From the sequence record SRR20825010_6182: a stretch of 64,000 nucleotides of DNA; one strand, written 5' to 3'. Below, piece after piece: positions 11,701 through 22,479 of this stretch. The notes under the pieces are model-generated. The model saw only the letters and a list, made by a program, of their open reading frames with translations, ran no database searches and was not told where the DNA came from. The position numbers were made by a program, and so were the translations under genes. The number at the start of each line of letters is the position of its first letter. Position 1 is the first letter of the stretch.

Positions 11701-12095
11701 GCATCGCCCATGGTAACACCTGTAACCCATCTATTGTCACCTCCAACCCCCGAATTCCCGGTAATATCCCTGAATTTTAAGTCTCCTTGATTCAAATAGA
11801 GCTTATTCTCCACCATATTGCCTGTAAGGTAAACATCGGCAAGACCATCGTTGTTTACATCACCAATGGCAACGCCGCCTCCCATATAAATATACATGTA
11901 GTTGAAATAATTCACGGAGTCATTCTCGGTCAGGTTATTTGCAAAACCAATACCTGTTTGTTCCGAGGACAATTCAACAAAAACTTTTTCCTTGTTCAAT
12001 TCTTTGGAACTGCAGCCAACAATAGACAACAACGTCAAGAATATCCCAATACCTACATAGGCACTTATACCTTTAAACCTCATATCCACATACAT
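8748..12095 (-). CDS. VCBS/FG-GAP repeat + ASPIC/UnbV lipoprotein (CRTAC1-like)
   Basis: Many DxDxDGxxD repeats; central RGFQSSVEPVVHFGVG..WPDG (ASPIC/UnbV); lipobox SIVGC; directly downstream of SusD. Confidence 0.92.
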   Translation of the reverse strand: MYVDMRFKGISAYVGIGIFLTLLSIVGCSSKELNKEKVFVELSSEQTGIGFANNLTENDSVNYFNYMYIYMGGGVAIGDVNNDGLADVYLTGNMVENKLYLNQGDLKFRDITGNSGVGGDNRWVTGVTMGDANQDGWLDIYVSVSGKWTTTKNLLYINDANGDGIPTFTESAESYGVADSGNSTQAVFFDFDLDGDQDLYVVNYPLVNSRTSIAEFLNYRDNAPYDKSDRLYKNEGNGKFTDVTQSSGLNKFGLSLGVSIGDYNQDGWPDIYVSNDFSTPDYFLINNQDGTFIDQNLNLTNHTSYFGMGTDVADFNNDGLLDLYQVDMMPKSHRRAKENMDSMDPERFYNMIDHDMHYQYSINTLQLNMGNDSIGLPHFGDIAKIAGVSSTDWSWASLFADFDNDGFKDIYVTNGVRRDINNSDYFRSDEVQNFENENPLDLTLKIPSEKIDNYAFKNNGDLTFRNVSEEWGLNFNGFSNGVAYADLDNDGDLDLVVNNLDDKSVVYENRTSNNQSNNYLRIKLLGPDNNPFGIGCKVWLEDNEGQQFQEMTMTRGFQSSVEPVVHFGVGQKEEIGTVRIIWPDGRSESINNVKTDQVISMAYKNAMPTMNNLAVSNKNYFEDITKKVGLHYKHEENNFDDFRYQVLLPHKISQYGPALSVGDIDNDGLDDFYIGGANWSAGAMFRQNPDGTFSEILTELWSQSKDQEDVSSTFFDANGDGLLDLYVVCGGNEYPEDNGYYQDKFYINKGNGVFVKDDQALPVMTGSGSTVVSSDYDNDGDMDLFVGGRVTPRNYPKAPKSYILRNDSDNGDIKFVDVTAEVAPVLLDLGMVTQANWIDIDGDSNKDLMIVGEWMGITYLKNENGKFVNNSDSVGLSDTTGWWFGMTSSDFDNDGDIDFILGNLGNNYKYQATIESPFSLYTYDYDNNGKNDIVLSKLEKNVQVPIRGRECSSQQIPAIKTKFKDYHSFATASLEDIYSTEHLSKSTHYKVKNFANTYVENLGNGQFKLRSLDNLAQIAPINSMIVQDVDQDGNLDVIYAGNLYGSEVETPRGDASFGGLMIGDVEGRLISQMPYDTGLLIKGEVKSIKKIRLANGQIGVLFAKNNDYLQLLKIL

Positions 12096-12148
12096 CCATT
12101 AAAACGAGCCTAATTACCTAGATCATTATTATTATTAACATTTACCTT

Positions 12149-12200
12149 AAAAGACCACAGACCCTATTACATTGTACGTGCAATCGAATCCGTGGTCCTT
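12149..12200 (-). terminator. Stem-loop between susD and the VCBS gene
   Basis: Minus strand AAGGACCACGGA...TCTGTGGTCTTTT. Confidence 0.5.
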
Positions 12201-12245
12201 GACTAAAATAACTAACTGCAACTTTATTAAACTACTAACTAAAAC

Positions 12246-14093
12246 TTAATTTCCGTATCCTGGATTCTGTTCAATTTTATTATTACTTCTTTGGATTTCC
12301 TCCCTAGGTATTGGTAAAAGATAGTAATAGTCTCCAGGCCATTCAAACCTAGGATCGGTAGCAGTAATTTCACCATATTCATAACTCAGCGTTCCCAAAA
12401 GATCCCCTTCTTGGGCTCCGGTCCAATCCATTTGAACACTGCTGAGTCCCCTAATTGGGTTTATATCAATATTTCCTGGGGCCGCTTTCCAACGCAATAA
12501 ATCCCAAAAACGACTATCCTCCAAATGTAGCTCAACCGCCCTTTCATTTCTGTAATCCCTCACAAGGTCTGCTCCTGAACTGGTTATATCAGGCATATTA
12601 ACAGAAGGTCTTTTTCTTACTAGATTAATATATTCCCTAGCCACATCTTCATTGCCTAGGGCTATTTGGGTTTCAGCATAGTTCAAATAAAACTCGGCCA
12701 ATCTCATAAATACGACCAACTGACTATAATCGTAATCAAAACTCGCCCTTGGCCCGTTAAAGTCCAACAACTTCCTGAATGTATATCCTGTTTGTACTCT
12801 CCAATGGAACGGGGTTAAACCTTTTACCCAATAAGTTTTGGAATCCCTTCCGAAATCAAATAGTTCCTGCCCATTTATAGGGTCAACCTTATTGGGGTTG
12901 GCATATGGCCCTGCATTGTCCGGATTGGGATTTGCATCCTCCCAATATTCATAGAGCCTTGAAGTACTTTTGGCACCATCATTTATGGTAACAGGTCCTG
13001 CCCCAGGATAAAGGATATAACTGTAGTACCTAGGATCCCTATTTTCATTGGGGTTTTGATCATCATATCCAGAGATAGTATTAATAGTAATGCCATCCTC
13101 TAAATAAGGGTACTCTCCATTTACCAACTGAAACATATTAACAAAATTCTGGGTCGGCATGAGTCGTTGTCTTGCATCGAATCCACTTGGCCAATAATCG
13201 TAGTTGTAGCCCCAATCAGGAATTCTTGTACCGGCCGTAAATGAACGCCCAAATATGGTTTCGTCGGTTTTGACTGGCTGAAGAAATAAGTCCTCGTGAG
13301 TGGGGTGCAATGTAAACCCTGCATCGATAACGTCTTTAGTAGCGTCCGCAGCTGCCTGCCATTTACTTAAGTCATTGGAAGGATTGTTTAAAGGGCTTGC
13401 CATATACAACAACATTCTTGCCTTAAGACCCATAGCCGCAGCCATACTTATTTTTCCGGGTTCAGCAGAGGCACCATCAAGCAACTCAATCGCTGCCTCA
13501 CATTCATCCAAAACAAATTGAGCACAATCGGCATAACTACTTCTCGTAACCTCAAAATTTTCACTGTCCAACTGAAAACTACTTGTAATTATAGGCACAC
13601 CACCAAATGTTCGAATAAGCTCAAAATACATCCAGCCTCTTAAAAAGTGCATTTCGCCCCTCATTTCATTGAGCGCCCCAATTTCAATCTCGGAATCTTC
13701 CGTTTTTTCGAAAAATACGTTCACCCTGCGTATATAGTCATATTGTTCAGCCCAAACATTGGTCAAGGATGTAACATTATCAGGTGTGATATTACCTTCA
13801 AGGTATTCCCTAATACCACCTGCTCGATTATGTGTATCCGGCGCCGCAACCGCAATATCCGTCATACCTATAAACCCCCCCGAACCGGGACTCCATGGCG
13901 GTCTAATGCCATTGTAAACATTATAAACGTAATTCTGTAGAAAAACAGGATCATTAAATACATTATCTTCCGAAATAGCATCCAAAGGCTGCTTGTCCAG
14001 CATATCCTCACTACAAGACGAAATAGTAACACCAAAAGCGAAGATTAAGAATATTCTTAGCACTAATTTTTTATATATTTTTAAATTTTTCAT
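12246..14093 (-). CDS. susD: SusD/RagB family glycan-binding lipoprotein
   Basis: Lipobox ISSC; GEMHFLRGWMY, RLAEFYLNYAE, ERAVELHLED, LPIP..QNPGY motifs. Confidence 0.95.
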   Translation of the reverse strand: MKNLKIYKKLVLRIFLIFAFGVTISSCSEDMLDKQPLDAISEDNVFNDPVFLQNYVYNVYNGIRPPWSPGSGGFIGMTDIAVAAPDTHNRAGGIREYLEGNITPDNVTSLTNVWAEQYDYIRRVNVFFEKTEDSEIEIGALNEMRGEMHFLRGWMYFELIRTFGGVPIITSSFQLDSENFEVTRSSYADCAQFVLDECEAAIELLDGASAEPGKISMAAAMGLKARMLLYMASPLNNPSNDLSKWQAAADATKDVIDAGFTLHPTHEDLFLQPVKTDETIFGRSFTAGTRIPDWGYNYDYWPSGFDARQRLMPTQNFVNMFQLVNGEYPYLEDGITINTISGYDDQNPNENRDPRYYSYILYPGAGPVTINDGAKSTSRLYEYWEDANPNPDNAGPYANPNKVDPINGQELFDFGRDSKTYWVKGLTPFHWRVQTGYTFRKLLDFNGPRASFDYDYSQLVVFMRLAEFYLNYAETQIALGNEDVAREYINLVRKRPSVNMPDITSSGADLVRDYRNERAVELHLEDSRFWDLLRWKAAPGNIDINPIRGLSSVQMDWTGAQEGDLLGTLSYEYGEITATDPRFEWPGDYYYLLPIPREEIQRSNNKIEQNPGYGN

Positions 14094-14103
14094 AAGTCTC
14101 TAA

Positions 14104-17100
14104 TTAGAAAGTAAGATTAAGTCCAAAACCTAAAGTCCTTAAATTGGGATATGATGCTCCTTTGCCCTGCAAGAATTCAGGATCACCCGCGCCGTACTTT
14201 TCCAAGCTATTATAAATCATAAAGAGATTCTCACCGGAAACATATAATCTTAATCCTGATATACCTATTTGAGTCATTACATCTTGAGGAAAGTTGTACC
14301 CCAATTCAAAAGACTTAAATCGCAACCAAGTTGAGTTCCTATACCAAAAATCATTGTTTTCTGCAGCCACTCCTGTGGGCCTAATCCTGGGCAGTATAGC
14401 ATCTACATTATCCAAACTATAACTGTTATTGGCAACATATTCCAATCCATTTCCGTTGGCACCTGTACTAAAGCCGTTGTCCAATCTCCATTTTGCGCCA
14501 TCCTGTCCTTGAACCAACATGGTCAGATCAAAACTCTTATAATCCAATCCCATGGTGAATCCAAATTGCGATGTTGGAAAACCACTGGCGGCGAACCTAT
14601 ACCTATCATTGCCATCAATTACACCATCATCGTTCAAGTCTTCGAATATTAGCCCTCCAAGACTAGCATTGGCATAACTGACATTATTATCAAGATCGGC
14701 CTGTGTCCTATATATTCCAATTGCTTTATAAACCAATTCTGAACCTATTGGATTGCCTTCTAATTTCTGATATGGTTCGGCTTGCGGTACCTCATCGAAG
14801 AAGATAATCTCATTTTCGTTATATGAATAATTACCACTTAAACGCAGGTTTAATTCTCCAAGACTCTGTTTATAACCCACTTGAAATTCGATACCTTGGC
14901 TTTCCATTTCCCCTATATTTTCATCAGGGAGGACAAGGCCTGTATATCCAGGAATGGAAGCTTGTCTTCTTCCCAAGATATCTGAAGTTTTGGTACGATA
15001 GACATCCGTTTCAAAAGTTAGTCTATTGTCCAACAGTCCTACTTCCAATCCTATATCGGTAGTCTCCGATACTTCCCAGGTAATATTAGGATTTGGGGTT
15101 GTTGTAGCCGCAATGCCCCTAGCATCATTTCCGTCAATAACCCAGCCATTACTATAGCCAAAGGCACCGACATATTGGAATGGGTCAACCCGGTCATTCC
15201 CTAACTGCCCCCAAGAGCCTCTTATTTTTAGATTACTAAAAACATTCTCCGGCATGAATGACTCATTACTAACTACCCAACCGGCAGAAACACCTGGGAA
15301 AAAACCCCAACGGGTTTCTTTTGGAAAAATAGGAGATCCATCATACCTAAAATTAAATCCTAATAAATACTTCCGATCAAAATCATAACTGGCTCTTCCA
15401 AAATAATTCTGCCTTGCGGATTCACTTGCACTACCGTTATTGTTCCAATTACTCCGATCTGTACTCCCAGCAAATAATTGGTCGATCTGAGCCGAATCAT
15501 AACCTAATCGTTGTGCCCAGAAATAATTATCCTTATACTCCATTTGCTCATAGGCTACAAAAGCATTTATTTTATGGACTTCATCAATAACTGTCTCATA
15601 CCCTAGTTTTGTGTTCAGTGTTATTCGGGTACTTTGGGAAAAATCTTCCCTAAGTCCAATATCCTCCACAGTTCGAGAAGTTTTTTGAACAATCTCCCCT
15701 TCGGAATTCCTTTCAAAATACTCCCATATATAATTAAATGCCTTATTGTAATTCACTGTTTTAACAACAGATGCAAAACCTTCCAGCGACAATCCTTTTA
15801 AAAATGGCATGTCGTATTTATACCTCAATGTACCGCTTGCTACGTCTGCAGTATATTTCCTGTAACCTGGGCTCAAAATCCTGGCTGCAGGATTTAAGTG
15901 GGACCAACCTTCACCTGGATAACGATAATCCCCTCCAATATAGGCCTCCTGAAGTGGACTGGTAAAGGCAACATATCCCAATTCTCCGCCGGCACCACTT
16001 TGAGGAGTTTGAGTATATTTCTCCCTTAATGAGAGATCTAGACCCACTTCAAAATTCTCAGTTACCGATACATCTAAATTTGATCGAACATTGTATTGTC
16101 TTAATTTTGTTTTGTCATCACCTCTCAGAAGACCACCTTGGGAAGCAGTTCCTATTGAAGCGAAATACCTAATTTTTTCTGTCCCACCACGCATTGTAAC
16201 GGAGTGACGTGATTGCTCAACTGGAGGATCCACTAAAGCATCCCACCAATCTTCGGCCCGTCTATCCCCGTTGCGAAATGAGGCGATTAAATCTGGTGGG
16301 AAATCGGCATCGGTCCCGTCCAATGCCCTACTTGCGTTAAGAACATTCATATAATCGAACACATTCGCCGATCTCACCTTTTTGGTTGGTGTTTGAAAGG
16401 ATTGGGTTGTAGTGACACTAAAGGTAGGCTTACCTGTTCTCCCACGTTTCGTAGTTACCAAAATTACACCACCAGCTGATTGAGCACCATAAATAGCTGC
16501 TGAAGCGTCCTTCAAAACTGAAATCGATTCTATATCATTAGGATCCAAACGATTTAGTCCGTCTGGGTCTGCACTTGCAACCCCATCTATGACAATTAAT
16601 GCGGAATTATTTCTAGTTGTATTAAAGCCCCTAACTAGAATTTCAGCATCATCAAAACCGGGCGCTGAACTTCTTTGGTTTACGTATAGACCAGCTAATC
16701 TTCCCGAAAGAGAGTTTGAAAGAGACACAGCTGATGATTTTTTAACTTCGTCCCCTGAGGTCTGAACTACAGCATTGGTAAGTTCAGATTTCTTCTTTGT
16801 ACCGTAGCCCACCACAACTATTTCTTCCAACTGTTCGGCATCTAAAGCCATTTGGACGTTTATGTTTGAATTGGAACCGACTATTTCCTCTTTTGTAAGA
16901 TATCCTATGTAAGAAAAAACCAGCGTACTGTTTGCCGATGTTGTGGTTAAACTGTAATTGCCATCAAAATCAGTAACAGTACCATTCGTTGTGCCTTTTT
17001 CAAGGACGCTGGCACCTGGGAGTCCAACTCCATTCTCATCGAGCACTTGCCCTGTTATACTTTTCTGTATTGGATTAGCAGAATCATTAATGACTATTAA

Positions 17101-17244
17101 TTCATTTACATCAGTGTAGTTGGTCAAATTAGAATTGTGTTTCCCATGGGCGCGAACGGCAGAACACAAAAAATAGATCAAAACAATTCCAAACATCCCA
17201 ATTCTGGCTATAAGCCAATGGCGACATAATAGTTTATATTTCAT
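14104..17244 (-). CDS. susC: SusC/RagA TonB-dependent transporter
   Basis: GTVTDFDGNY, VVVGYG, LKDASAAIYG..GVILVTTKRG, NITWE motifs; C-terminal F. Confidence 0.96.
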   Translation of the reverse strand: MKYKLLCRHWLIARIGMFGIVLIYFLCSAVRAHGKHNSNLTNYTDVNELIVINDSANPIQKSITGQVLDENGVGLPGASVLEKGTTNGTVTDFDGNYSLTTTSANSTLVFSYIGYLTKEEIVGSNSNINVQMALDAEQLEEIVVVGYGTKKKSELTNAVVQTSGDEVKKSSAVSLSNSLSGRLAGLYVNQRSSAPGFDDAEILVRGFNTTRNNSALIVIDGVASADPDGLNRLDPNDIESISVLKDASAAIYGAQSAGGVILVTTKRGRTGKPTFSVTTTQSFQTPTKKVRSANVFDYMNVLNASRALDGTDADFPPDLIASFRNGDRRAEDWWDALVDPPVEQSRHSVTMRGGTEKIRYFASIGTASQGGLLRGDDKTKLRQYNVRSNLDVSVTENFEVGLDLSLREKYTQTPQSGAGGELGYVAFTSPLQEAYIGGDYRYPGEGWSHLNPAARILSPGYRKYTADVASGTLRYKYDMPFLKGLSLEGFASVVKTVNYNKAFNYIWEYFERNSEGEIVQKTSRTVEDIGLREDFSQSTRITLNTKLGYETVIDEVHKINAFVAYEQMEYKDNYFWAQRLGYDSAQIDQLFAGSTDRSNWNNNGSASESARQNYFGRASYDFDRKYLLGFNFRYDGSPIFPKETRWGFFPGVSAGWVVSNESFMPENVFSNLKIRGSWGQLGNDRVDPFQYVGAFGYSNGWVIDGNDARGIAATTTPNPNITWEVSETTDIGLEVGLLDNRLTFETDVYRTKTSDILGRRQASIPGYTGLVLPDENIGEMESQGIEFQVGYKQSLGELNLRLSGNYSYNENEIIFFDEVPQAEPYQKLEGNPIGSELVYKAIGIYRTQADLDNNVSYANASLGGLIFEDLNDDGVIDGNDRYRFAASGFPTSQFGFTMGLDYKSFDLTMLVQGQDGAKWRLDNGFSTGANGNGLEYVANNSYSLDNVDAILPRIRPTGVAAENNDFWYRNSTWLRFKSFELGYNFPQDVMTQIGISGLRLYVSGENLFMIYNSLEKYGAGDPEFLQGKGASYPNLRTLGFGLNLTF

Positions 17245-18124
17245 AATTTTTAGTTTGATTAATCATCTATTTCAATAGTTTAGTTGTTTTAATTTCTGAT
17301 GGAAACCCCATCAATTGTTAGTTGGTTTTAGATTGATTTAATTTTCATTGATTTTGTTTTAGAATTAAGATTAATATTGGTTTTGATATGTTTAATGTTT
17401 AATAGGATTTTTTAAAAGGAATAATCATCTAATACTTTTCAAGTTGTGGCCGAACAAATTTAAATTATATGTAACCTTAATTTTTATGCGCTATTTTCTG
17501 GATTTGAATGGATATTAACAAAAAATAGGTATGTTCTTTTAAAGAATCGATTGTTTACTAGTCAATTTTTTATTCGATTGGTTTTTTTGCAAAAATTAAT
17601 AGGTTGCGGTAGAGTGAAATTTCTTTCATATTTTTCACTATGTAAAATTTGCCGGCAAACATATCTTTTTTACAACTTCGCCTAGAATTAAAGGTTACTT
17701 ATTATGTAACAAACATGGTGATGAATTTTATCCGTCATAATAGGAATTCCTCCGTAATATAATTGTAGTTCTGCTTTTGATACATAAGAGCATGTCATGT
17801 GTTGTAGTATCAAAGTGCTTTACATTGCATAGTATTTGACGTTCCTTCATGTCAATGATAAATTGATTAAATCCCTAAAAAAGATTTACTCAATAGTAGC
17901 TGTAGTACTGACATAGCACTTTGATTATTGAAATTTACGTTGCATATGATCGAATTTTATGGTTGGTGTCATTAAGGTTTATACTGTAATGCAATTATTG
18001 TTTGCAGTTAAGTGCATCGATTCAATTTTGTTAAATAGTGTTATTTGGTCTATGTCATATCAACAGGATTGGGAATTTTGTTTTTAAACAATAATCAGGG
18101 GCAATGTTTTAATATTTATTTTTA

Positions 18125-18155
18125 ATGTGCATATGTATATACATAGTCAAATATA
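18125..18155 (-). promoter_or_regulatory. Putative GntR operator (18125-18144) beside a Bacteroidota -7 element TATATTTG (18148-18155, minus strand)
   Basis: ATGTGCATATGTATATACAT followed by caaatata, the reverse complement of TAnnTTTG. Confidence 0.7.
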
Positions 18156-18241
18156 ATAAAAAAATTATGATGTTTGTCATATTTTTAAAATATTATTAAC
18201 GTAGAATATTTTGAATTGTCAAAAGTCGTTATTTGTGAGGT

Positions 18242-21007
18242 CTATTTTGGCAATTCATTAATTCCCCATTCTTTATTGGGAGTTGCGCCCATCCACAATT
18301 CCAATGTGCCACCATCACCAAAATCCTCATGGCTAAACCAAAAATTGTTATGTAATTTACCATTCAAGGTGGCCTTTTGTATATACTTATTATCCTTGGA
18401 ATTGTTATAGGCTTTAATAATAAACTCCTTCCCTTGGTAGTAATTCTGATCTAGCTTAATTGCCACTTCGTCAAAAACTGGGCTCGTAATGTCATAAACA
18501 GGATTCAATGCAGCAGTCCCCCTTAAACTAAACAGCCCCAAAGACATTAAAGCGCTTACTCCTCCCATTTGACCCTGATCTTCATCATGGCCACCATAGC
18601 CCTTGTCAGGAGTTATCGCACCATAAGCTTGTTCGTTTACCTTACGCACCCAATATTGGCTTAACCACGGTTTACCGGCATAACTAAAAACATGAGCGTT
18701 GGAGCAGCCGGGTTGATTGGCATAGCTTACATAGCCATTACCATAGGCAAACACAAAGTCTGTGGGTTCAGCTTGTTCAAAGGCAAAATTCAACTTTTTA
18801 CAAAGCTTGTCATTACCACCCATTAATGCCGATAAGCCATGGATGTCGTGCGAAACCGACCATGTGGCCTGCCAGGCGTTTGCCTCGACCCAACCTTTAC
18901 CGCTTAGGGGGGCTAGGTGAGACCATTTTCCGTTTTCGTCCTTTGGAAAAATTAAACCCTGCTCTTTGTTGTACAGCTTTTTCCAACCTTCAGAGCGTTT
19001 CAAAAAATAACGGGAATCACTTTTCTTTTTCAACCCTTCGGCCATTTGCGACAGGGACCAATCTTGAAATGCCGCTTCCAGAGTTCTCCCGGCATTTCCT
19101 GCAAAGTAGCCTTTGTTAATATAATGGTCGTCGGCTTCCAACATTCCGCCTGGCATATGGTTTCTTTTCATCACAGAATAAGCATGTTCACTATTTACTT
19201 TGGACAACAAACCTTTGGTATAAGCCGAAACAATTAGAGGGGTGGCAGGACAACCCGTCATAATATAGGAATAGCCACCAGCATTGGGACCTCTAGGTAG
19301 AAGTCCGCCATTATCGGCATATTGCACTAATGAGGCCGAAAAGTCATCCAATACTCCAGGCCATGCCAGCCCCCAAAGAATATTCAAGTTCCATTGGGTA
19401 AGCCAGAAAGCATCCGAGTTGTACATATGGAATTTAGGGGCTCCGTTGTCATTTTTGGGTATGGTCCTAACCTTTAATTTGGCATTAAGGGTATGGGATC
19501 CTTTTCTGTCACCAATGGTATAATCAGGATAATCGCCACTATAATCATCTATTTTATGACGTCCTAATAGCGCATGCCATAAATCGGTATAAAATTTAAT
19601 CTTCTGAGGTTCAGAGCCGCCTTTCACATCAATTTTTCCCAACCAATCATTCCATTCATCTTTCGCATCATTTCGTACTTGGTCAAAATTCCAATGGTCA
19701 CATTCCTGTGTTAAATTATTCTTGGCATTGGCAATACTGGTGTAGGAAATAGACATCTTCATTTGCAGTTCGCTACCCTCCCTTACATTATAAACCGCAC
19801 TGACTCCTGAAGTAGGGGCGTCATAATAGGACCATCCTTCTGGTCTTCTCGGAGTTTTTTCAGAGCTTCCCTTTAAATGTGATATGTTTTCGTACTTATC
19901 TTGGTTTACCCAACCGTTTAGTTTTTCAAAAGGTTTATCAAATTGAATAACAAAAAACAAGGTTACATTATCCGGACCACCCCATAACCTACCCATCGTA
20001 TTGACAGATCCATGAATTTCCTTATCTCCTATTTTAGTTACTTTGGCATCGGTCATAGTGCTAGTGCCTATGTATCCCCCCAGATTCACCAAGACATTCG
20101 ATACAGCGTCCTTAGTGTATTTAAATCTATAAAAACTTACGCGGTCCGTAGTGGTTTGCTCTACCCATATTTTATAATCTTGCAGGAATACTTTGTGATA
20201 TCCAGGTTGTACAACTTCATCTTCATGTGAAAAGTTCGATTTCCATTCCTGTTCTCCTAATGAAGGATTGACCTGGCCAGATGTTGGCATAAGGTCCAAC
20301 CCAGAAAGCATCCAACCATGTACTTGGGGGAATCCTAATATTTCAGTGGTATTGTAGTTATAGCCCCCACCCATTTGGTTTTTATTGCGAGTCATAGGGG
20401 CGGCGCTTATCATGCCAAAAGGACGGCTTCCCGTTACAAAATAAAAATACCTTCCCCTGGTAGTCTCAATATAGGGATCTACCCATGAGACATAATCGTC
20501 GTAATCCGTTGGAGCTGGAAACACCTCTATTTCTGATAAGCCAAGATGGTCACCATCCCCATCCGTAACTATAAACTTAATCCATTCTACTTTTTTATCA
20601 GGAAAATAAACTGTTTTCGGACTTCCATCATTAGGTATGGCGGTAACACTTATTTCTGTACCATCACTAAAATACAAGGTTCCTCCCGCTGTATGCGCCT
20701 GCAATGTGGACCTATCGAACAAAACGATCTTATTTATGGTCTGTGGCCTGTCCCAATCCAGTTGCATCCATGGATAGTTAACACCGCCCCAAAAATTCAT
20801 CTTACTGTCAGAGGCCCACTCACCAATATTTGTGTAGCGTGCCATGCCATCAATGACATTAGCAATATCGAAATCGGAATTGAGGCTTGCACTTGCCTTA
20901 ACTGTAGCCGTGCCTGCGATATTTTCCGGACCCGCTTGGGCTTTGGTCATTATAATCCCAAATAAGAAGGTGATTATCACAGTTTTTTGGTGAAATAGAA
21001 AAGACAT
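18242..21007 (-). CDS. GH92 family enzyme with N-terminal F5/8 type C-like domain (paralog of 4275-7004)
   Basis: Signal peptide; VDPYIETTRGR, EANAWQATW, YANQPGCSNAH, GHDEDQGQMGG. Confidence 0.9.
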   Translation of the reverse strand: MSFLFHQKTVIITFLFGIIMTKAQAGPENIAGTATVKASASLNSDFDIANVIDGMARYTNIGEWASDSKMNFWGGVNYPWMQLDWDRPQTINKIVLFDRSTLQAHTAGGTLYFSDGTEISVTAIPNDGSPKTVYFPDKKVEWIKFIVTDGDGDHLGLSEIEVFPAPTDYDDYVSWVDPYIETTRGRYFYFVTGSRPFGMISAAPMTRNKNQMGGGYNYNTTEILGFPQVHGWMLSGLDLMPTSGQVNPSLGEQEWKSNFSHEDEVVQPGYHKVFLQDYKIWVEQTTTDRVSFYRFKYTKDAVSNVLVNLGGYIGTSTMTDAKVTKIGDKEIHGSVNTMGRLWGGPDNVTLFFVIQFDKPFEKLNGWVNQDKYENISHLKGSSEKTPRRPEGWSYYDAPTSGVSAVYNVREGSELQMKMSISYTSIANAKNNLTQECDHWNFDQVRNDAKDEWNDWLGKIDVKGGSEPQKIKFYTDLWHALLGRHKIDDYSGDYPDYTIGDRKGSHTLNAKLKVRTIPKNDNGAPKFHMYNSDAFWLTQWNLNILWGLAWPGVLDDFSASLVQYADNGGLLPRGPNAGGYSYIMTGCPATPLIVSAYTKGLLSKVNSEHAYSVMKRNHMPGGMLEADDHYINKGYFAGNAGRTLEAAFQDWSLSQMAEGLKKKSDSRYFLKRSEGWKKLYNKEQGLIFPKDENGKWSHLAPLSGKGWVEANAWQATWSVSHDIHGLSALMGGNDKLCKKLNFAFEQAEPTDFVFAYGNGYVSYANQPGCSNAHVFSYAGKPWLSQYWVRKVNEQAYGAITPDKGYGGHDEDQGQMGGVSALMSLGLFSLRGTAALNPVYDITSPVFDEVAIKLDQNYYQGKEFIIKAYNNSKDNKYIQKATLNGKLHNNFWFSHEDFGDGGTLELWMGATPNKEWGINELPK

Positions 21008-21105
21008 AATATTAATTGTATATGATTGATTAGTTCAAGCCTAGTTTGGCGATTATTTATCCTAAGTTGTTTTGCGCTTTTGTTTTCCTTTCACAGGTCC
21101 GTTGC

Positions 21106-22479
21106 CTATTCATTGTTCCAGCTTTTTTCGATTTCTTCCAAAGTTCTTCCTTTGGTTTCTGGAACCCTTTTGTATACGAAAATTAAAAGAAAAACGGCAT
21201 TGGCCATAAAGATCCAAAAGGTATATGCCCCTCCCAGATTATCGAGCATTATTGGTGTAAACTGAGTAATGGCCACAACCCCAAGCCAAAGGGTCATGGT
21301 CGCAAAGGACATGGCCATTCCCCTTATTTTCGTAGGGAAAATTTCTGACATAATCACCCATGGTATCGGTCCCAATGAGGAGGCAAAACTTGCTATAAAG
21401 CCTAATATGAATATTAAGGTCCAAAGACTGGAACTATGGCCAAAATAGAACACCACTCCCGTTCCGAATAGACATATGACCATGCCGGACAACCCCCATA
21501 GCAATAGGGTCCTTCTTCCCATTCTGTCAATAAAGTAAATAGCCACAAAGGTGAAGATGGTGTTGACGAAACCAATAATTACTGTCTGCTGCAGGGCAGA
21601 ATCGGTACCAAAACCGATATTCTTGAATATTTCGGGCGCATAATATATGATGGCATTAATACCCGTAATCTGTGAGAATAAAGCCAAGACCAAACCAATT
21701 ATCAATGCCCTTCTTAACTTTGTAGCGAACAGCTCTTTCAAAGTTCCCTTTTCGGCTCTGATGGTTTCTTTGATTTCATTTAAAATTTGTTTCCCCTTTT
21801 CTTTCCCATTTACTTTTTCCAAAATGCTGGTCGCTTCTTCTTCCCTGCCGTTTAGTGTAAGCCAGCGCGGACTTTCAGGAACTAAAAAAAGTAGTATAAA
21901 AAAAAGAAGGGCGGGTATAACCTCCGAACCTAGCATAAATCGCCATCCCATATCAATATTCCAAGCTTCGGTTCCCACGTTGGCTATCTTGAGATTTACG
22001 AAATAGACAAAGTTTATTCCCAGTACAATGGCCAATTGGTACAATGAGACTAGCATTCCCCTAAGCTTCGCTGGAGCAATTTCGGAAATATACAAAGGAG
22101 AAAGCATGGAAGCTGCCCCAACTCCCAATCCCCCAATGAACCTAGCGGCAACAAACGGAGTAAGGGTATTAGGGAGGGCTGACCCTATGGCAGAGAGCGA
22201 AAAAAGAATGGCGGTTGCCAATAATACCTTTTTTCTTCCAAATTTGTCACTGGCATACCCCGCGAACATGGCCCCGAACAAACAACCCCATATGGCGCTG
22301 GATGCCGCCCATCCGGTCATAGCAGAGGATAGTTCAAACTTGGTTTGCAAAAAACCTATTGCACCTGCAATTACGGCAGTATCATAACCAAATAATAGCC
22401 CGCCCAAGGCGGCGACCGTGGTGATTAAATAAACATATTTCATATTGGTCTTCACTGTACTTTCGTCTTTCAAACTCAT
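21106..22479 (-). CDS. MFS sugar porter (XylE/GalP/AraE-like)
   Basis: GGLLFGYD, DKFGRK, PESPRWL, QITGIN, PETKG motifs; multiple hydrophobic segments. Confidence 0.95.
   Translation of the reverse strand: MSLKDESTVKTNMKYVYLITTVAALGGLLFGYDTAVIAGAIGFLQTKFELSSAMTGWAASSAIWGCLFGAMFAGYASDKFGRKKVLLATAILFSLSAIGSALPNTLTPFVAARFIGGLGVGAASMLSPLYISEIAPAKLRGMLVSLYQLAIVLGINFVYFVNLKIANVGTEAWNIDMGWRFMLGSEVIPALLFFILLFLVPESPRWLTLNGREEEATSILEKVNGKEKGKQILNEIKETIRAEKGTLKELFATKLRRALIIGLVLALFSQITGINAIIYYAPEIFKNIGFGTDSALQQTVIIGFVNTIFTFVAIYFIDRMGRRTLLLWGLSGMVICLFGTGVVFYFGHSSSLWTLIFILGFIASFASSLGPIPWVIMSEIFPTKIRGMAMSFATMTLWLGVVAITQFTPIMLDNLGGAYTFWIFMANAVFLLIFVYKRVPETKGRTLEEIEKSWNNE

Noticed and set aside
17728-17850. 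40-codon minus-strand ORF MKERQILCNVKHFD... in the susC upstream region
   Set aside because: No motif or other support; a length like this is expected by chance.
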